From the sequence record NC_020079.1: a stretch of 64,000 nucleotides of DNA, one strand, 5' to 3'. A program made the translations under genes and the position numbers. This stretch comes from Escherichia phage phAPEC8. Of the stretch, positions 42,842 through 51,813 are shown one piece after another; the first letter of the stretch is position 1; every line of letters starts with the position of its first letter. A model generated the notes under the pieces. The model made no database searches. It saw nothing but the letters and a program-made list of their open reading frames with translations, and had not been told where the DNA came from.

Positions 42842-44830
42842 TTGTTAGAAATTAACGCCTCCAAAATTAGTAACGTGGTTACGTTTAAGGTGGACAAGAA
42901 CAGTCTCAAGGAAGCAAAAGATGCCGTGTTGAGTGTTCAGAAGTTTGCAAATAAAATGCAACCCACTATGAACATGACCAAGTTTAGACAGCAAATGAAA
43001 GAGATTGAGCGTGAACTTAAGAAAGCTCAAACTCAAAGTCAAAAACCTATGCGAGCACCTACTCCCGCTGGAGCGGGTGCTCCTGTAGGAGGATCTGGTA
43101 GACCTAGAACTCCTAAAACCCCGCAAGGAAGAGAAGAAGAAAAAGCTCGTAAAGCTGCTGAACGCGAAGCTAAAGCAGCAGCACGTAGGGAAGATTTAGG
43201 TAATCTTCGTTTGCAGAACTTTAACTATCGAGCAAGAGCATTTAGTAAAGCTAGTCCTGGCGCTATGCAAGAAGCTAGAGACGTTATGGGTAAAGCTGTA
43301 GAACAATACAAAAAGGGTGAAATAACTCTTCAACGTATGAACCAAGCTCTTGCTCACCAGTTAGATGCCTTACGCAGATCTCATCGTGAAAAGAATGCTG
43401 AAATAGAAGACGAGGTTCGCGGTCGTCGCCGTATTCGTAGAGAGCTAGAAGCAGAAGCTAAAATGCGTATACGTATGCGAAATCGTGAACTTAGAGATAT
43501 AGAACGCAACCGTAAGCGTGAATTAGCTCAACAAAAACGTGATCGTGATCGTCGATATGGACAATTAAAAGAAGGTGCAGCAGGTCTTAATCCACGCATG
43601 ATTGCATCCTCTTTAATAGGTGCTGGGCTGTTTGCAGGTGGTTCTGTAGTTGGTAACACGTTGATGAATACTAACGAAAGAATTAAACTTGTAAGTCGTG
43701 GTGCTGAAAACGTTCAGACAAACGCCAACGCTATTTTGGCAATGACAGCTTGGGGTGAACAGAACGGTGTAGACTCTGCAAATATTATTAAGTCAATAGA
43801 TAATATTAAAGACGTTCGTGAACGTCTTGGTAATACAGTTTTAGCCTCAAAATGGAATGAGAAAGAAGGGAAGTGGAAAGGCGGTGATAATGGCATAAAT
43901 GACATTATGAACTTGTTTGGATGGAATCCAGAACAGCTTAAACCTTTACAGAACGATCCTTTAGCTTTTATTCAGGCTACTGTTAATGAAGGTGAGCGTC
44001 GAGGTATGAACTCTGCTCAAATCGGGCGACTTCTTGAAAACCTTGGTGATGACCTTATGCACTACCAACGTATGTTTAGTAAAAACGGCGAAGGGTATAA
44101 TGAAGTATTGAAAATGCTTCAAAGAACAGGTGCAACATTAACTCAAGAACAAATAGATGCTTCTAAAGAGTTTACTCGTTTTGCTGCAACAGTTCAGCTT
44201 GTAGGTCAAGGTATGCAGAACCATTTCTTAGAGGGTTTTGTAAAAGCTTTACCTAAAGATGATTCTTGGTTGGATAACGTTAAAGTGCTAGATCAGTTCG
44301 CCAAAGATTTAGGTGAAGAACTTGGTAAAACAACAGTTCAACTTGGTGGTTTTGCTAAAGAATTAGGAGATGGTTTCGGATCTTTTACCAATTGGCTTAA
44401 AGAAACATTCCCAGATACCTTCGGAGACAACACAGATCCTAATAAATCTTTGGCACAAAAAGCATACGAGGCAACGCAAAGTGGAGACAGCAATCCTGTA
44501 GCAGATTGGTTGTACAATTTAACAGGTATTGATACACAAGATATTGGTCGTATGTGGAGAGGAGAAGAAACAAGGACACGTGCTTTTGGATTTGGTAATC
44601 CTCTTGAAGATTTACGTGAATCAGCCTATACACCTAACGTAAGTTTGGCTCGTAATCAACCTGTTGTTGAGAATACGGTAGCAATACCAAGTGATCTTAT
44701 CAAAGTTACGATCAGCCCTTCTTCAGAGTTTGGAAATATTCTTGATGCAAGAATTCAAAATAGCGGAAATAGCATTTTCCAACGTTTGTCTCTTTCAACT
44801 CTAAGTGGACAATCTAACACTGGTGGTTAA
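42842..44830 (+). CDS. tail tape measure protein
   Basis: 662 aa; Arg/Lys/Glu-rich N-terminal third; follows the chaperone pair; TTG start. Confidence 0.7.
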   Translation: MLEINASKISNVVTFKVDKNSLKEAKDAVLSVQKFANKMQPTMNMTKFRQQMKEIERELKKAQTQSQKPMRAPTPAGAGAPVGGSGRPRTPKTPQGREEEKARKAAEREAKAAARREDLGNLRLQNFNYRARAFSKASPGAMQEARDVMGKAVEQYKKGEITLQRMNQALAHQLDALRRSHREKNAEIEDEVRGRRRIRRELEAEAKMRIRMRNRELRDIERNRKRELAQQKRDRDRRYGQLKEGAAGLNPRMIASSLIGAGLFAGGSVVGNTLMNTNERIKLVSRGAENVQTNANAILAMTAWGEQNGVDSANIIKSIDNIKDVRERLGNTVLASKWNEKEGKWKGGDNGINDIMNLFGWNPEQLKPLQNDPLAFIQATVNEGERRGMNSAQIGRLLENLGDDLMHYQRMFSKNGEGYNEVLKMLQRTGATLTQEQIDASKEFTRFAATVQLVGQGMQNHFLEGFVKALPKDDSWLDNVKVLDQFAKDLGEELGKTTVQLGGFAKELGDGFGSFTNWLKETFPDTFGDNTDPNKSLAQKAYEATQSGDSNPVADWLYNLTGIDTQDIGRMWRGEETRTRAFGFGNPLEDLRESAYTPNVSLARNQPVVENTVAIPSDLIKVTISPSSEFGNILDARIQNSGNSIFQRLSLSTLSGQSNTGG

Positions 44831-44837
44831 TAAAATA

Positions 44838-44860
44838 CCTCGCTTCGGCGGGGTTTTTTC
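44838..44860 (+). terminator. rho-independent terminator after the tape measure gene
   Basis: CCTCGC-TTCG-GCGGGG hairpin followed by TTTTTT. Confidence 0.6.
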
Positions 44861-44867
44861 GTTTCCC

Positions 44868-44897
44868 TTGACACGAAGTTTCTATATGTGTTACAAT
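44868..44897 (+). promoter_or_regulatory. sigma70-like promoter for the baseplate genes
   Basis: TTGACA, 18-nt spacer, TACAAT. Confidence 0.5.
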
Positions 44898-44956
44898 AAT
44901 CAATATGGGAAGATCTTGCATCTTCCTTTTGGCATTATCATTACTACGAGGTTATC

Positions 44957-45658
44957 ATGGCAGCAATGACTCCACAACAGTCGGTGAGAGCCGTCTATAA
45001 GGCAGAACAGGAAATCAACTCTACCGAGAATAAAAATACCTCGGCATCTACTGTAAAGGGTGATAATGGTTTCTGCATTTTAGCAAGTGTTTATAATAGT
45101 TCAAGTGATCAATATATTCAAAACTTTAAAGCAATTACTTTCGATTCAGTCCCTGAAATAGGTGTAACTCGTGAGGCAGATGTTACAAGTTTTCCAGTAG
45201 AATCAGGATCAGATGTAAGTGACCACGTTCAAATAAAAAACAACAGATTTAAACTTTCAGGTATAATTACCGAAACACCAATTCGGCTTATGCGAGATCA
45301 ACTATACAGCGCAGGTGTAAATGGGGCAAGGATTTCTCAAGCAATAGAATATCTAGATCAAATATTTGAGTCAAGACAACCAATAGTTCTTTTGACAGAA
45401 CACAGGACTTTTGAAAATGTTATTCTGAAAGGCTACTCTTATGATTATAAATCTGAATTTGCTATGCAATTTGATTTAGAGTTCGAACAAATTCGTCTAG
45501 TCTCTAAGGCCACTACTAATGCTATTGCTGTAAAAACAGCACCAAATAAGTCAACTGGTGGTGATGTGAAAGGTCAAGTCGCTTCTAATGGTCCTAAGTC
45601 AGATATTACAGTAAGAACTGCTGAAGCTACTAACACCCCAACAAACAACGGAGGTTAA
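44957..45658 (+). CDS. hypothetical tail or baseplate protein (233 aa)
   Basis: ORF track; first gene after the tape measure gene. Confidence 0.35.
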   Translation: MAAMTPQQSVRAVYKAEQEINSTENKNTSASTVKGDNGFCILASVYNSSSDQYIQNFKAITFDSVPEIGVTREADVTSFPVESGSDVSDHVQIKNNRFKLSGIITETPIRLMRDQLYSAGVNGARISQAIEYLDQIFESRQPIVLLTEHRTFENVILKGYSYDYKSEFAMQFDLEFEQIRLVSKATTNAIAVKTAPNKSTGGDVKGQVASNGPKSDITVRTAEATNTPTNNGG

Positions 45659-45660
45659 TA

Positions 45661-46074
45661 GTGACAACTTATTCTAAAACAACAAGGTCTACAAGTAATA
45701 CAGGCTACAGTGCAGTTTATCTGGAGGACCATTCTACTTATTTTGCATGGTATCTGAAAACTGAAGAGTACCCTGATCAAACATATACAGTTACATTGGA
45801 TGGAGTTGATTATGACATTCGTTTAAGGTGGAACACTAGGGACGAGTCTTGGCAATGTCAGATCGGATTATCTGGAGATGATCCAAGTATAAGTTTCAAA
45901 GTTACAAATGGTTTAGATCTTCTTAAACCTTATAAATATCTTGAAAGTGTGCCAGATGGTCAATTGTATATAGTAGATACAGTTAAGATTAATGGTCGTC
46001 CTGGGTATACAACTACAGGTCGAGATAAACGTTTTGTATTGGTTTATATTGATAACAAACCTAATCAGGCGTAA
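45661..46074 (+). CDS. hypothetical tail or baseplate protein (137 aa)
   Basis: ORF track. Confidence 0.35.
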   Translation: MTTYSKTTRSTSNTGYSAVYLEDHSTYFAWYLKTEEYPDQTYTVTLDGVDYDIRLRWNTRDESWQCQIGLSGDDPSISFKVTNGLDLLKPYKYLESVPDGQLYIVDTVKINGRPGYTTTGRDKRFVLVYIDNKPNQA

Positions 46075-46083
46075 GGAGATAAT

Positions 46084-47094
46084 ATGGCAGAAAGAGAGTA
46101 TACAAAAGCTCCTGCCCCTAATTTAAACAGGGCATACAAATTATTAATTGGTTCTGCCACAAACACAATACAGAAGAGAACTAAGAACTCGGCATTTAAA
46201 TCTACAGTAGATTTGGATACCAAGTTAGGAACAACAGAAAAATCCTCTTCTAATTTGTATTTGTTGCAAGACCATCAAATAACCTTCAGTATTAAGAAAG
46301 ATAATAACAAAGATCCTAACCAAGCAGAGATTGTAGTTTATAACCTTTCGGATGATACTGTTAACTATATAAACCGTGGTATCCGAAATAACTTGGCTGT
46401 TGCTTTAGCGGTAGGATACGAAGGTGAAGAGTTGGTTATGGTCTTCAAAGGAACTATCCAGTGGGTTAGTGATACTTTTGACTCGGTAGACAGGAAAACC
46501 ACTTTACACTGTTTGGATGGCGGTATTAACATTGCAGAAGCAAGAACAAGCCGCAGTTATCCAAAAGGAACTAAAATCAAACGTGTTGTGACAGATTTGG
46601 TAAAGGATTTAGGAACTACAGAAGGTAATATACACGTAGATAATGATCAAACCTTATCCTCAGCAACAGCTATGTGTGGAAACACTTCACATTACCTAGA
46701 ACATATTTGTAAAAGTATTGATCACAATGTGTCAATACAAGATGGATCTGTTTATGTCACTCCTCGTTCACAAATGTCTAGTGCACGTAGCGCCTACATT
46801 AGCCCTGAAACTGGTCTGATAGGAAGTCCAGAACCATTCCACAACGATATAAAACCTACTAAAAAAGTTACCAAGTCATCTAAGAAGGCAAAGAAACCTA
46901 CAGATGGTGTTAAATTCAAATGCCAAATGAATGGTGCAATATTACCAGAAAAAACAATCTGGTTAAAAAGCCGAGATTATGATGGTCCATTTAAAGTTGT
47001 TTCTGTTTCTCACAATGGTGATAAAGAGGGTAAAGAGTGGGTTACTGAAGTGGAGTGTGTATCCGTGTCTGAAATAATGACTAAGGAGAAATAA
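46084..47094 (+). CDS. putative baseplate hub protein (336 aa)
   Basis: Position immediately upstream of the spike gene. Confidence 0.3.
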   Translation: MAEREYTKAPAPNLNRAYKLLIGSATNTIQKRTKNSAFKSTVDLDTKLGTTEKSSSNLYLLQDHQITFSIKKDNNKDPNQAEIVVYNLSDDTVNYINRGIRNNLAVALAVGYEGEELVMVFKGTIQWVSDTFDSVDRKTTLHCLDGGINIAEARTSRSYPKGTKIKRVVTDLVKDLGTTEGNIHVDNDQTLSSATAMCGNTSHYLEHICKSIDHNVSIQDGSVYVTPRSQMSSARSAYISPETGLIGSPEPFHNDIKPTKKVTKSSKKAKKPTDGVKFKCQMNGAILPEKTIWLKSRDYDGPFKVVSVSHNGDKEGKEWVTEVECVSVSEIMTKEK

Positions 47095-47828
47095 TGGATG
47101 CATTGAATTTTGTCACAGCAATGCGTGGCTTAATGACAGAACAATTAGCAGAAGTCCATACAGCCTTGCCAGTCCGTGTGACTGGCGTTAATTATGGTGC
47201 TAAAACTGTCACTTTAGAATCTATTGTTAAAAACACACGATCTAGTGAAGATGAAATAGATTACCCTACTTTTGAAGATGTTCCTTTTATGGTTAATGGC
47301 GGGGGGACAGGAAGAATCTCATTCCCTATTAAAGCTGGTGATTTAGGAACTGTTATATTTTCTGAAAGAGATCCTTCTAATGCACTGCAAACTAGTGGGG
47401 AAACCTCTTCATCATCCACTTTTATGCAGCCTTGTGGATTATACCCTATTTGTTTTATTCCCAAAATAGCTACAGGAACAGATTCAACAGAAGCTGTAGA
47501 TTCTGAAAAGGTAGTTATTTCTAATAACAAAAACACGTACGCTTCTTTCGACCCTACAGGTAATATTTCAATATGGAATAGTCAAGGGATGAAAATAGAT
47601 ATTACTACCTCTGGTATTACTATTACAGATGGCACAGGGACTTTGGATCTAAAAGGTGGTAATTTAACTTTCAAAGGCGGCGTAGCAGATATTAATGGTC
47701 TTAAAATAGATCAGAACGGTTTGATGACAGATGGTAATGGCATCGGATTCCATACTCACACGCACACGGTTCGTAACATTCAGAGCGGTAGCTCAAGTGC
47801 CGAGTCCTTAAAACCAACAGGAGCCTAA
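47094..47828 (+). CDS. baseplate central spike (Mu gp45 / P2 gpV-like)
   Basis: C-terminal GIGFHTHTHTV HxH repeat typical of iron-binding spike tips; 244 aa. Confidence 0.5.
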   Translation: MDALNFVTAMRGLMTEQLAEVHTALPVRVTGVNYGAKTVTLESIVKNTRSSEDEIDYPTFEDVPFMVNGGGTGRISFPIKAGDLGTVIFSERDPSNALQTSGETSSSSTFMQPCGLYPICFIPKIATGTDSTEAVDSEKVVISNNKNTYASFDPTGNISIWNSQGMKIDITTSGITITDGTGTLDLKGGNLTFKGGVADINGLKIDQNGLMTDGNGIGFHTHTHTVRNIQSGSSSAESLKPTGA

Positions 47829-47829
47829 C

Positions 47830-48456
47830 ATGGGAATCCCTTTTGACTTAAAACTTGGACCAAACAACGACCTCATCATGGATGATGGGGATTTGGTCCT
47901 CACTACAACCAGAACAGAAATTGCAGCACAAACTCTTGGGATAACTCTGAACACGTATCGTGGGGAGTGGTTTTTAAATACTAACTTCGGTGTTCCTTAC
48001 TTACAAGAGATTATTGGTGTTGCTAGAAAGAAAGATATTGTAGACAGAATATTTTTAGCAGAGATTGCCAAAAACGTTTACATAGATACAATAAACAGTT
48101 ATAAATCTGCTTATGATATGGATCAACGTTATTACTCAATGACAGTTATGGTCACAGTTGGAGCAGATACAGTAACATCTATATTCAATACTCAACCTTC
48201 TGAAGAGTTTATTTACCCTGAAGCTGGTGAAGACAATGCAGCGATCATTTGTGAAGCTTACAGTATTGTTGAGAATTCGAATAGACTTTATCGCTTTATC
48301 AACTTTGTTGGTTTGCCACGTGATACCTACTCTACTTGGTGGAATGAATGGTCTACAGAGTCAGCAGTGGAAAGAATCATGGTTAACGAAAAAGGTGATG
48401 CATTAGCTACAAACAATAATTTCGGTATAACAGCTATGACAGGAGTAGAAGAGTAA
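47830..48456 (+). CDS. putative baseplate protein (208 aa)
   Basis: ORF track; gene order. Confidence 0.3.
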   Translation: MGIPFDLKLGPNNDLIMDDGDLVLTTTRTEIAAQTLGITLNTYRGEWFLNTNFGVPYLQEIIGVARKKDIVDRIFLAEIAKNVYIDTINSYKSAYDMDQRYYSMTVMVTVGADTVTSIFNTQPSEEFIYPEAGEDNAAIICEAYSIVENSNRLYRFINFVGLPRDTYSTWWNEWSTESAVERIMVNEKGDALATNNNFGITAMTGVEE

Positions 48457-48929
48457 TGGCAGATTTAACTACGATCAAAATTTCTGATCTTACACAAACA
48501 ACCTCTGTGTCTGATACAGATTTCTTTGTAACAGATCAGGCTGGAATAACAAAGAAAACTTCTTTGAAAGTGCTGTTGAGTGGTGCAGGGGTAACTAGAA
48601 ACCGTTTAAATGCACGTGGAACAGTAACTAGCACCTTGGCATTAGATATTAGTTCAGCAGAATATTTTTCGGCAACTTTATCTTCTGCAACATGCACAAT
48701 TAGTTTTACTAATATTCCAGTAGCAACAAATGCAGTTTTAAACTTTACTTTAGCTTTGCGTCAAGGAAGTGGTGCAAATAAAGTTGTATGGCCTTCTTCT
48801 GTAAAATGGAGTTTTGGTCGTTCCCCAGTTTTGAGTTATCGTCAAGGTGCAACAGACACTTTTGAGTTTATCAGTTATGATAATGGTGCAACTTGGACAG
48901 GTAGCTTAGTTTTAGCAGGAGTTATTTAA
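48456..48929 (+). CDS. hypothetical baseplate or tail protein (157 aa)
   Basis: ORF track; start overlaps the previous stop. Confidence 0.3.
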   Translation: MADLTTIKISDLTQTTSVSDTDFFVTDQAGITKKTSLKVLLSGAGVTRNRLNARGTVTSTLALDISSAEYFSATLSSATCTISFTNIPVATNAVLNFTLALRQGSGANKVVWPSSVKWSFGRSPVLSYRQGATDTFEFISYDNGATWTGSLVLAGVI

Positions 48930-51805
48930 TGTCAAGAGTTAAGCACAATATTGACAACACGTTTCAGTTGATTGAAGGGTTGGTTCAGTTTTTGGAAAGA
49001 AATACTGGGCTTACCATAGATCCTACGGTTCAGCATTACATTATCAACCCACAAAACGTATTGGCGAACAACAGACACTTTATTAACTGGACAGCGCAGG
49101 AAGGGCAACCAAACGGTGACGCTACTACCGAAGGTCAATCTGTGCTTATCACTGGTTTTGCCTATGCATATTTGGCTACAGGGGATAAAAAATATCTTGA
49201 ATCTGCCGAGAAGTATTGGCAAGCCTATATAGATCACTTCTTCGGGGGCCAACCTATTCCTGATCCTCCGGCTAAATATCGTCCCAACTGGATCATCAAT
49301 GGTAAAGAACCACGTTTAGCACATTACCCTCTCACAGATGATGGGTATCCTACGCACGGTGGGTTCAAAGGTAGCATGATGACTTGGATTAACGGAAGGA
49401 CTGTTATTCCTAAAGGTGCACCGCATTGGGGGGAATACTTAGATAAAGCTTGGTTTGCTTTCAATGGCAATCTTGGTTGGAACTCCGTTAACGCAACAGT
49501 TTATGCAACTAACCCAGATGGTTCAACCAACTGGAAAGAATATGGAGATCAGTGGGACGTTGAATGGATTATAGACCGTCTAGGACGTAAAGTTGATTGG
49601 GATGGTAACATTTTATCTACTGGTCATAGCTTTGCAGAATATGGAACAGTACAACTTAAAAATGCTTCTGTGAACGGGGACTATAAATTCAACTACGCTA
49701 CATGCAATCCTGTAGAACACGGTGGATATCTGCTTAAGCGTAATGAGATGTGGCATAACCGTCCTGTAAACGTTCCGGTAGAGTTAGGCTATCAAGATAA
49801 TGCTTCCGATGCTGAAACGTGGTGGTGTGATGCAAACTACTTGATGTATCAGATCACAGGAGAGAGAAAATACTGGCTTTGCTGGCAATCTTCTTTATTG
49901 TTGTGTCAAGACTACTCAAACATCGATATGTTTGATAAATTCTTCCGTAGATCTACGACAGCAATAATTCCTTTTACAGATGGTATCTCGTATGATTACT
50001 CATACCCATCTACAGCAATACCTAAATATTCTCGTGACGAATTAGGATACACAGTAATTCGCCAAGATGTTTCAGCACAAACAACTCTAGAACAACAGGC
50101 AGTTTGGTTCAGAGTAGATCAGAATTCAAAACTGCGTATTGAGTTTCAAGGTGTAGATGATGCAGGGGAAGGTGTTCTTTTCCGTCCAGAGCTAGAATTA
50201 AGCAAAACTAAGAGTGAAACAGACACAGTGACATATCGTTGTGGCTTACCTCTTGGTGCAGCTAATATGACTAAGATGGATATACCTTTATCTAGTTTTA
50301 TGCGCACCGAACCTCCTGGAGGTGGTGTATATATTATTGCTGAACCTAGAATTATTGTTGACTGGGGAAGCAATACTGTGATACAATATAAATATGCAAC
50401 TGGTATTGCTGGGACAAATAGTGATCAGATAGTTTCTGCTAATATGGATTCAGATGGTGGTTTTACTGTTGGGTTTTGGTTAACACCAACTAAAACAGCC
50501 AATTTAAAATCTATTACGTATCGTTCATACGCAGATGATTTTAACATCACTATTACGGATTCCGCAGGTTGGAGATGGTGGGCCATGTTAGAAAAAACAA
50601 ATTCTGCATGGGTTACTAAAGCTTTAAGTCCTGCTGATTTCAAATTAAGCACTTGGCAACCCAATCATAACGACACAGAGACAAAACCTTCGTCAATAAA
50701 CCTGACTGCTGTTGATCAGATCAACATTGCATTGGATTCTGAACCTGCAAATGGCTTGACAGGGGCAATCGATTTTTATTGTGTTAACGATATCCCATCT
50801 TTGTATTCTTCAGCCGCTGGTGATGATTACACAATGTATTTCAGGGTTACAGTTTCATCTGAAAATCCTTATACAGCAAAACTTGGAGATTGTACAATAC
50901 TGGACTATAAACTTGACAGTTTGAATTATACTCCAGGAATCATTCCATTTTCCAATATTAGTGATCCTAACACAGCATTATATGACGGTTGGCGTGGTAT
51001 TCCTTACCCAGGTTATCAATACCCATCCTTATATTGTTTTAAAGGGAGAGATATTGACTGGGTTCGTATGAACAACAGTATAGACTTTTTATATGATTCA
51101 CAAATGTGGTTTTATAATAAGTTTGCCCCTGTGATGCCTGGGCCAATGGCACAAGCTTATGTTTGGGATCGTTGGGATGCTCATAAATACGGAAACAAGA
51201 ATGAGTTCACAATGTATCATTGGAACGATAAAGCTTGGGATGGTTATGAAGCACGAGCATTCTTCTGTGCGTGTCATACAGTATACGAACTGAAGCAACG
51301 AGGAGCAGAAGTTCCTGAAAAACTTTTAACAGTTTGTAAAAACTGGATCAATTATCTGAAGTGGTTCCAGGATAACAACGAAGGAAGAACACCAACAATA
51401 TTTTATCCCAACGGAGAAGTGGCTGCGCCTGTAGATGACTTTACAAGTCACATGTCTGCGCTCTTTATGGCGGGATGTGCTATAATGGGGATGGCTGGAT
51501 ATGATTCAGAAATTCCTAACATTAAAATAGTAGCAGATCGCTGTTTTGAACTTATTCAGGAAAATTATATTGTTCTTGGTCCTAATCACGTTATGAATGG
51601 TTGTTGGAGTGCTGCTCCTAGACCAGACAGTGATAACGGAGTCTTCTTTGGCTTCCACGCCGGAGAGTTGTTACGTGGTTTTGGGTTGTATGCCTTATAC
51701 AAAAAACTTAATCCCCAAAATGCATTACCTGTTTTGGATTCGAGCAATATTCCTGCACTTACTGTTTTGACAATGGCAAACATTAGTGTGGACGTTACCG
51801 AGTAA
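48929..51805 (+). CDS. large Trp-rich tail-associated protein, possible glycan-degrading enzyme (958 aa)
   Basis: ORF track; many Trp/Tyr/Asp residues reminiscent of glycoside hydrolases; no motif firmly recognised. Confidence 0.3.
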   Translation: MSRVKHNIDNTFQLIEGLVQFLERNTGLTIDPTVQHYIINPQNVLANNRHFINWTAQEGQPNGDATTEGQSVLITGFAYAYLATGDKKYLESAEKYWQAYIDHFFGGQPIPDPPAKYRPNWIINGKEPRLAHYPLTDDGYPTHGGFKGSMMTWINGRTVIPKGAPHWGEYLDKAWFAFNGNLGWNSVNATVYATNPDGSTNWKEYGDQWDVEWIIDRLGRKVDWDGNILSTGHSFAEYGTVQLKNASVNGDYKFNYATCNPVEHGGYLLKRNEMWHNRPVNVPVELGYQDNASDAETWWCDANYLMYQITGERKYWLCWQSSLLLCQDYSNIDMFDKFFRRSTTAIIPFTDGISYDYSYPSTAIPKYSRDELGYTVIRQDVSAQTTLEQQAVWFRVDQNSKLRIEFQGVDDAGEGVLFRPELELSKTKSETDTVTYRCGLPLGAANMTKMDIPLSSFMRTEPPGGGVYIIAEPRIIVDWGSNTVIQYKYATGIAGTNSDQIVSANMDSDGGFTVGFWLTPTKTANLKSITYRSYADDFNITITDSAGWRWWAMLEKTNSAWVTKALSPADFKLSTWQPNHNDTETKPSSINLTAVDQINIALDSEPANGLTGAIDFYCVNDIPSLYSSAAGDDYTMYFRVTVSSENPYTAKLGDCTILDYKLDSLNYTPGIIPFSNISDPNTALYDGWRGIPYPGYQYPSLYCFKGRDIDWVRMNNSIDFLYDSQMWFYNKFAPVMPGPMAQAYVWDRWDAHKYGNKNEFTMYHWNDKAWDGYEARAFFCACHTVYELKQRGAEVPEKLLTVCKNWINYLKWFQDNNEGRTPTIFYPNGEVAAPVDDFTSHMSALFMAGCAIMGMAGYDSEIPNIKIVADRCFELIQENYIVLGPNHVMNGCWSAAPRPDSDNGVFFGFHAGELLRGFGLYALYKKLNPQNALPVLDSSNIPALTVLTMANISVDVTE

Positions 51806-51813
51806 GGGGTAAA

